Of a stretch of 64,000 nucleotides of DNA, positions 62,069-64,000 are shown piece by piece. The notes beneath the pieces were generated by a model. It was not told where the DNA came from. It made no database searches and saw only the letters and a list, made by a program, of their open reading frames with translations. The stretch covers positions 4,907-68,906 of the forward strand of contig DIWU01000020.1 of NCBI GenBank assembly GCA_002428525.1, in the 5' to 3' direction. A program made the translations under genes and the position numbers. The number at the start of each line of letters is the position of its first letter. Position 1 is the first letter of the stretch. This DNA is from a bacterium UBP14_UBA6098. Its GTDB lineage: Bacteria > UBP14 > UBA6098.

Positions 62069-62973
62069 GTTTTAACAGAATAATAGTCCCGCCGATAAAA
62101 AGCCAAGGGATCAAAACAAAGCTGGTTCCGTGGATAAAGAGCATTATACCTTCAGATTTTGCCGGGCGTTGGGTGGAACCGTTTATGGGTTCGGGGGTTG
62201 TGGCTTTTAATGTTAGACCTAAAAAGGCCTTGCTCGGAGATACCAATCCGCATTTGATCAATTTTTACAAGGCTATTGAAAATAGAGAGATAGACCATAG
62301 AATTGCGAAGAGTTTCCTCGAAAAAGAGGGTGTCGAGTTATTAAAAACAAACGGCGAACACTATTATACCGTGCGCGACCGTTTCAATGAACACGGCGAT
62401 CCCATCGATTTCCTTTTTCTCAATCGCTCTTGTTTCAACGGCATGATCAGGTTCAACAAGAAGGGGCAGTTCAATGTGCCTTTCTGCAAGAAACCGAACA
62501 GATTTTCGAAGGCCTATATTACAAAAATATGCAATCAGATAAAGGCTGTCGCCGACGCTATGGTTTTCGGCGAATACGAAATTGAACTTCGGGATTTCTC
62601 CGAAACGATAAAGGCGGCGCAAAAGAACGATATTGTTTACTGCGACCCGCCTTATATCGCACGCCACACGGATTATTTCGACGGATGGGACGAGGAACAC
62701 GAGAGGGAATTGGCGAGGCTTTTGGGTTCGACAGATGCGCGGTTTATACTCTCGACTTGGCACAGCAACAAATATCGCTCGAACGAGTTTATAGACAAGT
62801 TATGGTCGGACTATTTTATGCTCACTCGCGAGCATTTTTACCATTTGGGGGGCAAGGAGGACAACCGCAACGCTATGCTCGAAGCGTTGATCACGAATTT
62901 TGAGGTTTTGAACCGCGAAAATAAGAAGCCGAGATTGAGGCAGTTAGAGCTTTTCGGCGTCGCGGTGGAATAG
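62065..62973 (+). CDS. Dam-family (alpha-class) N6-adenine DNA methyltransferase, M.EcoRV-like
   Basis: [28 protein letters not shown] (FxGxG), [15 protein letters not shown] and YCDPPYI (DPPY). Its start overlaps the endonuclease stop (ATGA). Confidence 0.9.
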   Translation: MSFNRIIVPPIKSQGIKTKLVPWIKSIIPSDFAGRWVEPFMGSGVVAFNVRPKKALLGDTNPHLINFYKAIENREIDHRIAKSFLEKEGVELLKTNGEHYYTVRDRFNEHGDPIDFLFLNRSCFNGMIRFNKKGQFNVPFCKKPNRFSKAYITKICNQIKAVADAMVFGEYEIELRDFSETIKAAQKNDIVYCDPPYIARHTDYFDGWDEEHERELARLLGSTDARFILSTWHSNKYRSNEFIDKLWSDYFMLTREHFYHLGGKEDNRNAMLEALITNFEVLNRENKKPRLRQLELFGVAVE

Positions 62974-63047
62974 CGGAGATCGACCGCATGGTTTACGACC
63001 TCTACGGTCTCACCGACGAAGAGATAAAGATAGTGGAAGGGAAATGA
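62973..63047 (+). pseudogene. Orphan 3' end of a lost methyltransferase/Type IIG gene
   Basis: It translates to [24 protein letters not shown]-stop with no upstream ORF. Its 3' part is the beginning of DR2. Confidence 0.6.
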
Positions 63048-63148
63048 GAGAAGGGAAAACCTCCGCAAATTGACACGGGGATTAGGGAACTGCCGGAGGA
63101 ATAATTGTTGACCGAAAAAGAAGGTTTTATTATATTGGTAAAGGCCAA
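63008..63148 (+). repeat. Direct repeat DR2 (141 nt)
   Basis: See DR1. Confidence 0.85.
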
Positions 63149-63176
63149 ACATAAAATACATGTGGGTTCGATACGG

Positions 63177-63228
63177 CCTCACCGCCGAGGAGATTAAGTT
63201 CGTGGAAGGGAAATGAAAGAAGGGAAAG
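63177..63228 (+). repeat. Direct repeat DR3 (partial third copy)
   Basis: cctcaccgccgaggagattaagttcgtggaagggaaatgaaagaagggaaa encodes ..(Y)GLTAEEIKFVEGK-stop. Similarity to DR1/DR2 ends shortly after the stop. Confidence 0.7.
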
Positions 63229-63335
63229 AAAATAGGTGGAAGACGCGGAGAGGCGAGAAAGGCGCTCCGCACGCGGGAGCGTGGGAACGAAAAGAAGAAC
63301 TTATAACGTATAAATTCAAAGTTAGGTAGCTATAA

Positions 63336-64000
63336 ATGCAAATCGATAAAAGGAAAAGATATATGGCATATATAATATTTGGGATAGTGCTAACAGCACT
63401 TGGCTCTTTTTTTATTATCTTCGGCGGTATTCTAAATTCAAAAAACGACGAAAACAAGCGAAAAGAAGAATATGAAAGCATAAAAAATAGTATAGATAGT
63501 TTAAAAATGGATAAAGTTGTGCCAAAAACAGAAATTGAAAAAGTCGAAAAACGATTCGAAGATTGGGCAGGATCGTTCATTACAAATATTGATAGTATAA
63601 AGCATTATTATAGAAAAGCTAATAAGGAAAAAGAAGCAGAAGATACAGAAAAACTCGAGAAATTTGAAATCTATTACAAATGTATTAATCACTTTTTAGA
63701 TAATTCGTTAACAGCGTATAATAAAATAAACAATGATTCAATTTTTTATGAAAAACTAAGTGAATACTATCCTGAGTTTAGTGAACGTAAGGTATTTCCT
63801 ATTAATCGAATCCGATTTCATAAAGTAATATGGTATATTGTGATTTCGTATTCTTCCAACTATCGTATATACATCGAAAGATATACGGGGGAAAACCCAC
63901 CAGTCAAATTAAGCAATTTGATTTTATTGTCATCAGGCGATGTAAATTTCGATTTTATAGAATCAGAAAACTTAGGTGTTTACTTAAATTATGAATCTAC
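63336..64000 (+). CDS. Hypothetical membrane-anchored protein, AT-rich, 3' end off-window
   Basis: My own translation from the ATG at 63336 runs MQIDKRKRYMAYIIFGIVLTALGSFFIIFGGILNSKNDENKRKEEYES.. and stays open to nt 64000. It is absent from the supplied ORF track. GC is about 30% in a spot count. Confidence 0.5.
   Translation, partial: MQIDKRKRYMAYIIFGIVLTALGSFFIIFGGILNSKNDENKRKEEYESIKNSIDSLKMDKVVPKTEIEKVEKRFEDWAGSFITNIDSIKHYYRKANKEKEAEDTEKLEKFEIYYKCINHFLDNSLTAYNKINNDSIFYEKLSEYYPEFSERKVFPINRIRFHKVIWYIVISYSSNYRIYIERYTGENPPVKLSNLILLSSGDVNFDFIESENLGVYLNYES

Larger units (their letters stand above)
60643..63148 (+). mobile_element. R-M gene cassette bounded by 141-nt direct repeats (no transposase or integrase seen)
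   Basis: DR1 and DR2 bracket a truncated methylase fragment, an EcoRV-like endonuclease gene and a Dam-like methylase gene. GC is visibly lower than in the core genome. Confidence 0.5.

Noticed and set aside
63160-63216. 18-codon mini-ORF MWVRYGLTAEEIKFVEGK
   Set aside because: It is the third remnant of the methyltransferase tail (DR3) that happens to have an in-frame ATG. It is treated as a relic, not a gene.

Overview
A 64 kb bacterial window that is gene-dense and GC-rich (about 60% in my 60-nt spot counts). I saw no rRNA, tRNA or CRISPR array. Three products end in T9SS-type C-terminal sorting domains, and there is a PorV/PorQ-like outer-membrane protein and an LVIVD-repeat protein. Together these suggest an FCB-superphylum or related candidate-phylum organism (inference only). 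Nt 1-56725 is mostly housekeeping: hslVU plus a divergent third hslV-like gene, recG, pcm, nnr, cysE-cysK, yraN, ispG, fba, maf, dtd, glyQS, trkH/trkA, rpsT, recO and asnS. Interspersed are envelope and signalling genes: a GGDEF-STAND-HEAT giant, a hybrid histidine kinase, a TonB-receptor-like/PorV-like outer-membrane cluster, RodZ, a signal-peptidase-like protein without the Ser/Lys dyad, M16 and M50 peptidases, a DGGGP-synthase-like UbiA prenyltransferase and a ferredoxin-fused geranylgeranyl reductase. The accessory part is the right end. Nt 56726-57436 is a 0.7 kb repeat- and hairpin-dense spacer. After it come an orphan PD-(D/E)xK-like gene, a low-GC type II R-M pair, a truncated EcoRI-family methylase fragment, and an EcoRV-family R-M pair bounded by 141-nt direct repeats that contain the tail of a lost methyltransferase gene. 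An AT-rich partial ORF closes the window. I could not demonstrate a clearly new multi-gene system. The best candidates for follow-up are the repeat-bounded R-M exchange hotspot, the tandem sRNA-like modules next to it, and the orphan nuclease-like gene.
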